Assembly (NCBI GenBank): GCA_018816245.1
Contig: JAHIVW010000003.1
Coordinates: 45,195 to 109,194, forward strand
Length of the DNA: 64,000 nucleotides
From: Nanobdellota archaeon
Lineage (GTDB): Archaea > Aenigmatarchaeota > Aenigmatarchaeia > QMZP01
Direction: 5' to 3'
Positions 30,382-39,700 of the stretch are shown here, piece by piece. The translations under genes were made by a program, and so were the position numbers. The notes under the pieces are model-generated. The model did not search any database, was not told the DNA's origin, and was given only the letters and a program-made list of their open reading frames with translations. Positions within the stretch are counted from its first letter, which is position 1, and each line of letters starts with the position of its first letter.

Positions 30382-30770
30382 AGATCGCGATCGTCGCCAG
30401 CCGGTTCCATCCGGAGATTGTTGACGAGATGGTGTCGCTTGCCGAGAAACGGATCAAGGAAAAAGCAACACTCGGTCCGGTTGTCCGCGTTCCTGGCGCG
30501 TACGACATCCCGTTCGGGGTGCGGCAGGTGATCGAGAAGGTTGACGGCGTAGTGACGTTGGGAGCATTGGTGAAAGGCGAAACCAGCCACGACACATTGA
30601 TCGCGCACGCTGCAGCAGAAGCATTGCAGCACCTTTCTCTGCAATATAACAAACCAGTTGTGCTCGGGATTACTGGTCCAGATCAAACCAAGGAACAGGC
30701 AGTTGGGCGGATCGGGCGGACAGACGAGATCGTGGACGCGTGTCTTGCGTTGTTACAACTCTCCCCGTAA
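30378..30770 (+). CDS. ribH: 6,7-dimethyl-8-ribityllumazine synthase
   Basis: IAIVASRF, VPGAYDIP, G...KGETSH, KPV.LG. Confidence 0.92.
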   Translation: MKIAIVASRFHPEIVDEMVSLAEKRIKEKATLGPVVRVPGAYDIPFGVRQVIEKVDGVVTLGALVKGETSHDTLIAHAAAEALQHLSLQYNKPVVLGITGPDQTKEQAVGRIGRTDEIVDACLALLQLSP

Positions 30771-31379
30771 GAACGCATTGATTTCTTGGATTCTGTCAGC
30801 ATCAAGTCCTTCCCAGGAAAAGACGTAGATGTTTCCATGTCGTCCTTCATCAAGATCACTTCCTTGATTTTGGGAGAGCAAGGCCTTTCCCCATGCCGTT
30901 TCAGCTGCAATCGCGTGTTCGGGTTTATGGGTTAAGTAAGACTTGAGACTGTACCCATCAGGCTCCATGAGTTTTCCAACAGCACGAAAGGTTTGTGGGT
31001 CAGTTCTGTCCGCCCCTTCTGTTTCATACGCACCGTCAATCGGAATGCCATGCTCGTCCTGATAGAATCGAAGTGATCGCGCTGCTGGCGCTCCTGAGTA
31101 AATAACAAATTTGAAACCAGCACCCTGAATGCCCGCGATAAGGTCTTGAGCACGCTCTTGGAAATGAGGAACGCAGATTTCCTCTCTGATAGCATTATTT
31201 CGTCCTCGTACAATTGAGTGTTCATGAAGAGCAAGTTCATGTCGTGGCTTCCGGGCCAAACCATAGGCGTCTTCCCCAAAGCGGGCAATATAGTGATGTT
31301 GAAACCGAGGATTCCTTGACATGTCGTTTTCAAGCGTTCCGTTTCGATTGCTTGCAACAATTCGTTTATAATCTCCCAT
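30753..31379 (-). CDS. Hypothetical protein, possibly a degenerate HAD fold
   Basis: IVASNRNGTL resembles DxDGTL; FVIYSG resembles motif II. Confidence 0.5.
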   Translation of the reverse strand: MGDYKRIVASNRNGTLENDMSRNPRFQHHYIARFGEDAYGLARKPRHELALHEHSIVRGRNNAIREEICVPHFQERAQDLIAGIQGAGFKFVIYSGAPAARSLRFYQDEHGIPIDGAYETEGADRTDPQTFRAVGKLMEPDGYSLKSYLTHKPEHAIAAETAWGKALLSQNQGSDLDEGRHGNIYVFSWEGLDADRIQEINAFLRGEL

Positions 31380-31387
31380 GGGAACCT

Positions 31388-31618
31388 CTAGTTCACAATA
31401 AACCGTCCGTGCTTATCTTTTAATGTTCTGGTATCGTCCTCGTCCACCACCATCCCAATCGTGATCGGGAGTCGGGGGAGCTTCTCCGGACTGGTCACAG
31501 CAAGGAGCGTGTCGAACACAACCTGCCAGATCTCCTTTGCATCTGCCTCAAGGAGATCATCGAAGTCGTAGTCGTATTCCTCAAGGAGATTCTGAATGAC
31601 CTGCTGGAGTTCGCTCAT
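31388..31618 (-). CDS. Small acidic hypothetical protein
   Basis: GGTGAT SD upstream; fills the gap in tandem with the next gene. Confidence 0.6.
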   Translation of the reverse strand: MSELQQVIQNLLEEYDYDFDDLLEADAKEIWQVVFDTLLAVTSPEKLPRLPITIGMVVDEDDTRTLKDKHGRFIVN

Positions 31619-31698
31619 GAAATCACCACTACAGCAAAGTAGTGACTATTTAAAAGCTTATACCCAGCCGATTTAAGCCTCAGGATCATGAGAACACT

Positions 31699-32397
31699 AT
31701 GGAGCTCTGCCCCCCTGACCCCTTCTCGACCCTGCTTCCCATTCTTGAGCCAGCAGCGATCACGAACCTCTACGGGCCTCCTGGTGTGGGGAAGACCAAC
31801 ATCTGTCTGATCCTTGCCCTGGCCTGCGTCAAGGGCGGCGGAACGGTCGCGTACATCGATTCCGAGGGGGGCTTTGCAGTGGAACGAGTGAAACAGCTCG
31901 AACCGGAATGCGAATCCGCGCTTCAGAGGATTGATCTCATTCAGCCGAAGAACTTCAAGGAACAGGCTGCTGCCATCAAGGCGCTCAGAGAAAAACCCTA
32001 CGATCTCGTTATCCTTGATTCATCGGTTGCCTTGTACCGGCTGGAATATGCAGAACAGGAAACCAAGAAAGGCAGGTTTGAAAACCAACACGTTCTGGAA
32101 GCAAACCGAGAACTTTCGGTGCAGCTTGCAGCACTCTCAACCTTGGCACGTGACCGCAACATACCAGTGTTGATCACCGCGCACGCATTCAACCGGTTTG
32201 AAGACAACGGCTTGGATGTGGTTGGTGGCGACGCGATGAAGTACTGGTCGAAAACCATTGTGCAGATCGAGCGTGTTGGAACACCAGGAGAACGATTGGC
32301 GACATTAGTGAAGCACCGCTTTCGTCCTGAGGGGATGCAAGTGAAATTCGAAATTGTAGAAGCAGGGATCAAACCCGCTGGGTTTCGGATGTTCTAA
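31699..32397 (+). CDS. radB: DNA repair protein RadB
   Basis: YGPPGVGKT, YIDSEGG, ILDS, KHR basic patch. Confidence 0.9.
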   Translation: MELCPPDPFSTLLPILEPAAITNLYGPPGVGKTNICLILALACVKGGGTVAYIDSEGGFAVERVKQLEPECESALQRIDLIQPKNFKEQAAAIKALREKPYDLVILDSSVALYRLEYAEQETKKGRFENQHVLEANRELSVQLAALSTLARDRNIPVLITAHAFNRFEDNGLDVVGGDAMKYWSKTIVQIERVGTPGERLATLVKHRFRPEGMQVKFEIVEAGIKPAGFRMF

Positions 32398-33326
32398 CGG
32401 AGTTCCTGTTGCAAGCGGCGATATTCTTTTAGGAAGAGTTCGATGGTAGGTCGGATGTCCCCACGTTCTTCATAGGCACGAAGCGCATGGTAATAGGCTG
32501 CGCGGTCAGCAACCTTGATGTTGAGTGGAGGAAGGTTGTGTCTCAAGAGCACGACATTGAGGAGCAGCCGCCCAACCCGCCCGTTCCCATCTTGGAACGG
32601 ATGGATGTTCTCGAACTGATTGTGGACAACAGCAGCAAGAACAAGCGGATGATAGCGGTTTTTGTTCTTCGTATACCAATGGATGAGCTCACGCAAGAGT
32701 CCGGGAACCTGTTGTTGCGGTGCCCCCCGATGGAGGATGTGACCCAGTGCATCAACAACAGCAACGTCTACCCCCTTCCCTCTGAATTTTCCGGCAAACG
32801 GTTTCGAGTTCTTGAACACCAGCCGGTGGAGTTTCTTGATCAGCTGAGGAGAGGGGGGTTCGCGTGTTGTACGGATGAAGGTAACAGCAGCAGCGACTCC
32901 GTACGCTTCGGCGATTTCATCTCGCGGGCGGTCCGGCCAGCGGTCTGTTTCGAGCATCCCCTTGACTTCAGGGAGGGTGATGGTCGACCCCTCGATGGCG
33001 TTTGTGTTAAAGGTGAACAGCTCGATAAAGTGGTGCCAGTCTGCTTCCGTCAGATGACGAGCAGGAATCTTCTTTCCGATAAGCTTCGCAAGAAGGTTCT
33101 GTTCTTCTGGGGATAATATCGTGTGCAGCGGATCGCGAATGTGTTTGTATGCTGCGAGTTTTTCCTTGATAGCGATTTCCGCGTTCTTTTGTCTCGCAAC
33201 TACCTCTTGTTTTGAAAGATTCTTCCCGAGATAGCGACGAACCTTTCTCACCTTTCCATCGTCTCGGAATGAGTGAGCAAGATAGTAGAGGTTCACCTTC
33301 CCCCGCTTTTGGATCTCGATGTGCAT
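32394..33326 (-). CDS. Fic-domain protein
   Basis: HPFQDGNGRVGR Fic motif; TNAIEGST. Confidence 0.92.
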   Translation of the reverse strand: MHIEIQKRGKVNLYYLAHSFRDDGKVRKVRRYLGKNLSKQEVVARQKNAEIAIKEKLAAYKHIRDPLHTILSPEEQNLLAKLIGKKIPARHLTEADWHHFIELFTFNTNAIEGSTITLPEVKGMLETDRWPDRPRDEIAEAYGVAAAVTFIRTTREPPSPQLIKKLHRLVFKNSKPFAGKFRGKGVDVAVVDALGHILHRGAPQQQVPGLLRELIHWYTKNKNRYHPLVLAAVVHNQFENIHPFQDGNGRVGRLLLNVVLLRHNLPPLNIKVADRAAYYHALRAYEERGDIRPTIELFLKEYRRLQQELR

Positions 33327-33334
33327 ACAAAGGT

Positions 33335-33395
33335 ATATGACTACATATTTAAAAATGTTTCCCAATATGACTACATTACAAACATAGTAGTCATA
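33335..33395. promoter_or_regulatory. Repeated operator upstream of fic
   Basis: ATATGACTACAT at 33335 and 33365; inverted GTAGTCATA at 33387. Confidence 0.6.
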
Positions 33396-33464
33396 CAAAA
33401 ATCGAAGTCGATTTTTGCTGCTTCCGTCGTTCGGTAGCCTTCCTCAAAAAGGAGTGACAGCACG

Positions 33465-33842
33465 TTACGCCAGCTCGTAGCCGATCTTGTCTGCAAGGGT
33501 TTGCATGGACTGCTCGCCGAGCAGAGTCGTCCCGTCTGGGAACATCCAAGTTGGATAGGCGTTGACACCAGCGTCCTTGCAGGCTTGAGTCTGGTCGCTG
33601 CGGTCAGGAAGCGAGCATTCAACGTAATCAATGTACTGCCAGCTTGGGCCGAATGCGGCCTTCTGTGCCTGACAATGACCGCACCAGAACGTGCCGTACA
33701 TCTTCACGCCGTTCTCAGTGAGCGCCTTGGCGAGGCCGTCGTAGTCGCTCGGCTTTGCGGCGAAGTAGCCGCTGGCACTGAGACCAATACCGCCGATCAC
33801 GAGGATCGCGATCACGAGGACAATGACGTATAATCCCTTCAT
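33465..33842 (-). CDS. Membrane-anchored thioredoxin-like protein
   Basis: N-terminal TM; MYG.FWCGHC..QK..FG; YVEC; YPTW. Confidence 0.85.
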   Translation of the reverse strand: MKGLYVIVLVIAILVIGGIGLSASGYFAAKPSDYDGLAKALTENGVKMYGTFWCGHCQAQKAAFGPSWQYIDYVECSLPDRSDQTQACKDAGVNAYPTWMFPDGTTLLGEQSMQTLADKIGYELA

Positions 33843-33883
33843 AGTGAAAAACGAATGCAGGAGAGGTTATAAACCTTCTCCTA

Positions 33884-33898
33884 TATAACAGTGTTATA
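33884..33898. other. Palindrome TATAAC-AGT-GTTATA (end of island A)
   Basis: Same core as at 39068, 41345 and 44907. Confidence 0.7.
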
Positions 33899-33955
33899 AT
33901 TGAATTGACAGAACGATCGTACCCGAAGGCCGGCCGTTCCGTCGTTGTTGCAAGG

Positions 33956-34057
33956 TCATTGCGGAAAGATGAGATCGTTGTACACAATCGCAATGATGAT
34001 CAACGCGATCACAACCGCTCCCACAATGGTCAGGGTGTCGAGTGTTTTTTTCTTCAA
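33956..34057 (-). CDS. 33-aa single-TM peptide (MKKKTLDTLTIVGAVVIALIIIAIVYNDLIFPQ)
   Basis: TTG start with a purine-rich SD; clean basic-then-hydrophobic profile. Confidence 0.55.
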   Translation of the reverse strand: MKKKTLDTLTIVGAVVIALIIIAIVYNDLIFPQ

Positions 34058-34070
34058 GGTAAAACCCCCT

Positions 34071-34274
34071 TCACCGCAGCTGTGTGTAACCACACGAACA
34101 CTGGTAAACAGACATGACCGGTTCGTCGCCGGCAGTCGGGAGCATATACGAGAAATGGATCACTCCCCCACATTCTGGACAAACCAATGGTTCAGTCGGC
34201 ATGCGGGAGGCGACGATAACCAGAACAGCTACTGCAAGAACAAAAATGACGAGCATTGTGATGAGAAACTCCAT
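34071..34274 (-). CDS. Small TM + Zn-ribbon protein
   Basis: GGAGGGAG SD; TM helix, CPECGG...CSCG. Confidence 0.65.
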   Translation of the reverse strand: MEFLITMLVIFVLAVAVLVIVASRMPTEPLVCPECGGVIHFSYMLPTAGDEPVMSVYQCSCGYTQLR

Positions 34275-34372
34275 GATTCTCCCTCCGAGGAAAGAGACGC
34301 CCGGGTGTGCACGCTGCAGTCGCCTGGTCGCCCCACCATTAACTCCAACATACTCCCCGGGCGTCGTTCTTG

Positions 34373-34816
34373 TTACGGATTGTCTTGTGTTTCGACCTGG
34401 AATGCATACCAGATCTTCCCTCCCTCGATCTTCTGCACCTTCAAGATCCAGGAAAACCCGAGGAAGTCCGAGACGTCACCGAAGAACTCATGCGGCACGT
34501 CATTGACAAGCAAATACACACTTTCCCGATGGAACCTGTCCCCTTCCACCACAGCGAATCGGGGAGGAGGGGATGTCGAATAAGCGGTCACTTCTTCGGG
34601 ATCGTAGAAGACCAGAACCGACGGATCCGGAGTGACAAGCTGCTGGCCAGCTTCAGCGATGCGCACAACGAGTCCGTCGAAGCCCTCATGGTAAATAGTA
34701 ACAGCGCTCTTGGTATCGTCCATACCACTGCCCCAAAAGGTGAGGCCGATGATGATAAAGATGACACACAGAATACAGACCATCAGGACTTTTTCGATGT
34801 TTCCAACGTTTCCCAT
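34373..34816 (-). CDS. Membrane-anchored hypothetical protein
   Basis: AGGAAGGA SD; N-terminal TM. Confidence 0.6.
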   Translation of the reverse strand: MGNVGNIEKVLMVCILCVIFIIIGLTFWGSGMDDTKSAVTIYHEGFDGLVVRIAEAGQQLVTPDPSVLVFYDPEEVTAYSTSPPPRFAVVEGDRFHRESVYLLVNDVPHEFFGDVSDFLGFSWILKVQKIEGGKIWYAFQVETQDNP

Positions 34817-34849
34817 TGTTCATTCCTTCCTATCATGCGCCTGTGCTTA

Positions 34850-35059
34850 CTATCGTCTGGTCCGCTTGACGACGTACTGATCGATGTCACTCGGATGGAA
34901 TCGTAGAATAGGACGCCCGGTCACATCAACACCGGGGATTGCACGGAGCTCGCCGTCGTTGACAAGTCTCCTCAATTCTTCCTCAGTCTTGCCGGGAATG
35001 CCGATCTCCTTACACTTCGCCATCACCTGCCCAGACGACAGGGGCCCTCTCTTACTCAT
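34850..35059 (-). CDS. Excisionase/MerR-like small HTH protein
   Basis: AAGGAG SD; ELRRLVNDGELRAI...RFHPSDIDQY pattern. Confidence 0.6.
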   Translation of the reverse strand: MSKRGPLSSGQVMAKCKEIGIPGKTEEELRRLVNDGELRAIPGVDVTGRPILRFHPSDIDQYVVKRTRR

Positions 35060-35297
35060 GACAATCTCCTTCTGTCTCGCGAGAGACTTCTGTGAAAAAA
35101 TAGATTCCCATCACTCCGTACACCGCGTCCTTCCCAACTGCTATCGGTCAGATAACCTGGACGTTATGGAGTGATCTGTGAGCATGAACTGCTCAGAGGT
35201 AAGCCCCTGAACAATATAAATACCGCTGATAGGAGAAAAAAGAAAAAGAAGGAAACAACCGATGTGTGGAGGGGCCAGCACACCGGATGTTTCAGAT

Positions 35298-36419
35298 TTA
35301 GCGTACCATTTTGATGCCGAGCTCTTGCGAGAAGTCCCGCACGTGCTGGCCATTTGCCGAAGCTTCGCGCTCAGCAGGACCGAGGATGTACGGACTCTTG
35401 ACGCCCGTGACAATCGTGATCACCCGGATCTTGCCCTTGAAGTCGTTGTCAATGCGTGCACCCCAGATGACCGGTGCGTCAGGGTCCAATTGCTTGGACA
35501 CGTATTCCCCGATCAAGTTCACTTCGTCCAGTTTGAGGTCCGGACCGCCAGTGATGTGGATCAGTGCGCCGGTCCCGCCGTCATAGTTGACCTCGAGCAA
35601 CGGGTTGCTCATGGCCTTGATCACCGATTCTTCTGCGCGGTTCTTGGTGTCTGATTCACCAAATCCAACCGCAGCAACACCACCAGAATGCATGATGGTC
35701 TTCACGTCGGCATAGTCGAGGTTCACCAGGGATGGTTGTGAAATGGTTTCGGTAATACCCTTGATGATGGTTGCGACCAGGTTGTCTGCAACGGCAAATG
35801 CTTGCTGCAGCGGCAGGTCGCCGGCAATCTTGAGCAACCGGTCGTTCTCAATAACGATCACGGTGTCGCACATCTGTCGCAGGTGCCCAAGCCCGTCTTC
35901 AGCACGGCCAATGCGCGCGCCTTCGATCTTGAACGGCATGGTGACACAACCAATAACGATTGCGCCCATTTCCTTGGCGATGCGCGCCAGCACGGGTGAC
36001 GACCCTGTTCCGGTTCCGCCACCAAGGCCAGTGCAGATGTACACCATATCGACCCCTTCCATCTGTTTCTTGAGTTCTGAATGGCTTTCTTCGGCAGCCT
36101 TCATCCCGACTTGGGGATAGCCGCCAGCGCCGAGGCCGCGAGTCAATTCCTTCCCGATCAGCATCTTCTTGTCTGCTTGGCTGATGGACAGATGCTTTGC
36201 ATCAGTGTTGATAATCAATGTTGTTGCACCTCTGATGCCCATTTGGGTGAGCCGTGTCACGGTGTTGTTTCCGGCACCGCCCGACCCAATCACCATAATC
36301 CGGGCCTCTTTTGCAGCTACTCCAAACTCGTCGGCAACATGCTGCGCATCAACCTTTGGGGTTGAGTAATCGCCGACGGATGCACGCTCTTCAAAGACGC
36401 GCTGAACCACTGAATCCAT
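35298..36419 (-). CDS. ftsZ: Cell division protein FtsZ
   Basis: GGAGNN, NTDAKHL, GLGAGG, GGGTGTG, NLDYAD. Confidence 0.96.
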   Translation of the reverse strand: MDSVVQRVFEERASVGDYSTPKVDAQHVADEFGVAAKEARIMVIGSGGAGNNTVTRLTQMGIRGATTLIINTDAKHLSISQADKKMLIGKELTRGLGAGGYPQVGMKAAEESHSELKKQMEGVDMVYICTGLGGGTGTGSSPVLARIAKEMGAIVIGCVTMPFKIEGARIGRAEDGLGHLRQMCDTVIVIENDRLLKIAGDLPLQQAFAVADNLVATIIKGITETISQPSLVNLDYADVKTIMHSGGVAAVGFGESDTKNRAEESVIKAMSNPLLEVNYDGGTGALIHITGGPDLKLDEVNLIGEYVSKQLDPDAPVIWGARIDNDFKGKIRVITIVTGVKSPYILGPAEREASANGQHVRDFSQELGIKMVR

Positions 36420-36615
36420 AGACTCCCCTCCATTTTGTTTTGCCCTCACGGGCTGTGGTTCCGCCGGTGGAACGTATATACCCGAGCATATACATCTTTC
36501 CAGCGAAATCTTTATGTGTACCCATGACTAAGGATACTGCAGAAGTCGTCTTCCCAAGATGCTTCCTCAGTGCTTCAGGTCCGAATGGCAGTTCGGATCT
36601 GAAGAGTTTTCTCAT
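36391..36615 (-). CDS. Possible small ORF upstream of and overlapping ftsZ
   Basis: GTGAT SD-like element; 74-aa frame; no recognisable domain. Confidence 0.3.
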   Translation of the reverse strand: MRKLFRSELPFGPEALRKHLGKTTSAVSLVMGTHKDFAGKMYMLGYIRSTGGTTAREGKTKWRGVYGFSGSARL

Positions 36616-36738
36616 TTTTGTATCACACGGTATCGGAAGCTAGTTCTATTATTCAAGCGCTACTTTATAAAGCTTCAGAAAGTTTTGTCGCTGTTCGCAG
36701 ATGTCGACAGTTAAAAAGCTGCGGGCCGTTGTAATCCT

Positions 36739-37146
36739 ATGCAATCCTATGACGAGTTATTGAAACGCGGCATGGCGCAGGTGCCGGAGAAAACCAAAGC
36801 CGATGACCGATTCGAAGTCCCGAAGGCCCATGTCATGCGTGCAGGACTGAAGACTATTGTTACCAATTTCAACGAGATTGTAACGGCGTTGCGCCGGAAG
36901 CCGGACCATTTGTTGAAATTCCTGCTGAAAGAACTGGCGACCAAGTACGAGTGGTCAGGAAACCAGTTAATCTTCCAGGGAAAGTTCCCGCCGGAGTTGA
37001 TCGACAAGAAGATCGACCTGTACGTCAAGACCTATGTGGTCTGTCCGGAGTGTAAGAAACCAGACTCCAAGATTATCAGAGAAGGGATTCACTCGTTCCT
37101 GAAGTGCGAGGCGTGTGGCGCGAAACACGTTATCAGCAAAGTATGA
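36739..37146 (+). CDS. eif2b: Translation initiation factor 2 subunit beta
   Basis: RFEVP, NF.EI...L.R...HL.KFL..EL, YV.CPEC..PD, CEACG. Confidence 0.93.
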   Translation: MQSYDELLKRGMAQVPEKTKADDRFEVPKAHVMRAGLKTIVTNFNEIVTALRRKPDHLLKFLLKELATKYEWSGNQLIFQGKFPPELIDKKIDLYVKTYVVCPECKKPDSKIIREGIHSFLKCEACGAKHVISKV

Positions 37147-37868
37147 TGGATTTCGTTCACTGAGTAGGAGCTTGCTGCTGGTTTTGTGTATATTAATAGT
37201 GAAACACTAAATGAAGTCATATCTTGCATACTCATCAGTCACTCACCATAACGTCTCAGTTGCATAAAAGCAACATATAAGAGAAGAACGTGGCGCATAT
37301 ACCCCTTTTTGCCGCGCCGACAGCGGCAGTTCTGAGTGGCTGGATTTCTGACGAAAGTCAGAAGGAAGACAGACAAAAGACGCGCGCGGTGTGTTGGGAA
37401 TGGACTCCAGTTCGTTGTCAAATGACAAGATCTCTCTTCCTCCCCATGCATGGGAGAGACACATTGCGCGTTTCAGGTAAATGCGCGCTCGTGACGGACT
37501 AACCAATTGGTGGGGCGAGTGGTAAGGCTAGACCGAAAACCGAGCGCGCAACAACCATGCCGCACAGCAGTATCTGAGTGCTCCACCGGCCCCGATCATT
37601 TCCTCAGATGCTGGCCTTCGCTCAATCCACCCTCCTCCCTGAGAAGGTTGATGTCCTCGGAGAAAAGGTCCGATTTGACGCTCGTGTTTCGCCAAATGGG
37701 AGAAGGACATCCTGTGCACTTTTCAACAACTGCGCGCATCCGCTGATCAAGAAGGGAGGTGTAACCGGGACGAAAGTTAAACGACAATCCCTTCACGTTG
37801 ACCCCTTGGGTGCGCGCACGTTCAGACAGGCCGATACCGGAAGGACCCAGAGAAAGGAGGAGAGATCC

Positions 37869-38006
37869 GTGAACTGGGCATTGTGGTTGATCGGGTTCAT
37901 AGTTCTTGGTGGCATCACACTATGGTGGTGCCGACCTATCAGACCCACAATCGAGACACCTCAGGACCCTTTCCCTGAAGGGTACCCAGAGGATGCAACA
38001 CATTGA
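37869..38006 (+). CDS. 45-aa single-TM peptide
   Basis: AAAGGAGG SD; GTG start; WALWLIGFIVLGGITLWW. Confidence 0.55.
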   Translation: MNWALWLIGFIVLGGITLWWCRPIRPTIETPQDPFPEGYPEDATH

Positions 38007-38550
38007 CCCGACCGCTTTCAGACCGCGCCTAGAGGACAAAAGTGAAGCCACACAACCGGACCTTCCCCATCGTTTGTGTGCCTGGCGTGCCAACACCGGG
38101 ATGAGACTTTGCTTCTGCGTCCTTAAGGCGCGATCTTTGCCTACCACGTGCTTCTTCTTCCCGGTTGCTTGTGGTAGGTGTTGTTCCCGTTCCCTGTTGT
38201 CAGCTGTGATGAACCAGCTGAAGCCCAGGGCAACAAATGGGAACGGAAGGTGCTGTGTGCCATCGCGGTACCAGGAGGTGTACGAGTGGGTATAACCTCT
38301 TGGGCACAGCAGCACGAGGCTGATGACCTCAGAATGCCGGGCATCAGTGACCAACTGGGGGACACTGATCGGTTCGTACCAAAGCCCATTTGAGTCACGT
38401 GAAGGGACACAACTGGGAACCGAGACCCGGCTTCTTTTTTCAGACACCAATGTCGATACCGGTTTCTTTGCCGAGCCTGGCCGGCGGTTGGAAAGGAGTG
38501 TGCCAGGAAAAACGGTTTGGAGAGAGTTTTTTGTCTGACGAGAGGAGAGT

Positions 38551-38730
38551 ATGGGAACTGGAAAGCAACGAGGGAGAATGAAATCCCCCAAGAGCGTCCG
38601 AGAAGAGCGGGCCACACGACGCCTACAGCTCGAAAACTTCAGGCGGCTGGGGTTGGATGAGTTCGAAGACGAACCCGAACAGCGACCTTGCATGAAGCCC
38701 AACGGACGCTCAGAACGTCCTCCCATGTGA
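38551..38730 (+). CDS. 59-aa charged hypothetical peptide
   Basis: GAGAGGAG SD; MGTGKQRGRMKSPKSVREERATRR... Confidence 0.4.
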   Translation: MGTGKQRGRMKSPKSVREERATRRLQLENFRRLGLDEFEDEPEQRPCMKPNGRSERPPM

Positions 38731-39006
38731 ACTCTCCCTGAACCTGCGTCACGTTGAGGTGAACTCCCTCCTATAGGCTTGAATGCCTCTCTCATTACCG
38801 GTGACAGAGGAGCAATCCTTAGTAGCTGGAACGACACACCTCAACAACATCTTCAGGAGAAGAAGGGGCATGTGCCAATTGGGTCTTCGTCCCCGAGACA
38901 TCCCCGACACCAATTGGCACTTTCTGGCGGTGTGGAGGATTAGTATAGGAAAAAGCCGTCGTGCCATTGCCTTCCGGTCCGACACCACTTTAGGTAGTGG
39001 CACAAG

Positions 39007-39062
39007 AAGACATTGGGAGTCCTGCCAAAATTCCTTGAACTATACGCTCCCAATGTCTTTTT
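39007..39062 (+). terminator. 13-bp perfect hairpin plus T tract closing island B
   Basis: AAGACATTGGGAG (39007-19) / CTCCCAATGTCTT (39047-59). Confidence 0.55.
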
Positions 39063-39096
39063 CCCTAATATAACATTGTTATATATCACCAAGAAA
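39061..39096 (+). repeat. 36-bp direct repeat, copy 1
   Basis: TTCCCTAATATAACATTGTTATATATCACCAAGAAA, identical to 41338-41373. Confidence 0.95.
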
Positions 39097-39097
39097 A

Positions 39098-39700
39098 TCA
39101 AAACTTCTCGAACTCCGAGGTATCGATCTCCTCGAACTCGTCAACGTCGTCTAGGTCGTCATCCTCTCGATGCTTGTCTTTCTTCTTCGGCTCCTCTTCT
39201 TCAGGCGGCTCTTCCTGTGGCTCAGGCTCTTCCCGTGGCGGCGGCTTCACTGGCTCAGACGGCTTCAGCACCGGCGATCCCTTCCGGATCGTCTCTGCGA
39301 TCTGCTGCATGCTCTTCTCGTCCAGCTTCTTGGGCTGGAGGATGGCCTCGAGTGCCAGCGGCCCCTCGTTTGAGAACCGCGGGATGATGTGGAAGTGGAG
39401 GTGCGCAACCACCTGCCCTGCTGCCTGGCCGTTGTTCTGGATAATGGAAATGCCCTGCGCCCGGACCCCGGCCTTAACTTGCTTGGCAACCCGCTTGACT
39501 GCCCGGAGGTAGGCCTCGTCCTGTTGGTCAGGGAGGTCCATCAAGGTCTCAACATGGCCCTTGGGGATCACCAACGTGTGGCCAGGATTCCGCGGATTGA
39601 TGTCCAGGAACGCCAGGGTTCGGTCATCCTCAAAGATCTTCTTGGTAGGGATTTCTCCCCGGACCATCTTGCAGAAAATGCAGTTGGCTGTGTCAACCAT
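39098..39700 (-). CDS. HIT family hydrolase with acidic tail
   Basis: CIFCK, AFLDINP..PGHTLVIPK, HLHFHIIPR. Confidence 0.92.
   Translation of the reverse strand: MVDTANCIFCKMVRGEIPTKKIFEDDRTLAFLDINPRNPGHTLVIPKGHVETLMDLPDQQDEAYLRAVKRVAKQVKAGVRAQGISIIQNNGQAAGQVVAHLHFHIIPRFSNEGPLALEAILQPKKLDEKSMQQIAETIRKGSPVLKPSEPVKPPPREEPEPQEEPPEEEEPKKKDKHREDDDLDDVDEFEEIDTSEFEKF

Noticed and set aside
33884-33900. TGTTATAAT as a bacterial extended -10 promoter
   Set aside because: The host is archaeal, the motif is palindromic and sits at island 3' ends, and the other copies lack TATAAT. Kept only as an alternative if the islands are of bacterial origin.
37348-37362. Hammerhead ribozyme core (CTGACGA...GAAA)
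   Set aside because: The sequence forms a simple CTGAC-GAAA-GTCAG hairpin; no stem II/III arrangement is apparent.
37920-38837. 305-aa minus-strand ORF in island B
   Set aside because: No recognisable motifs and S/R/P-biased; SD-led ORFs and terminators indicate plus-strand expression.
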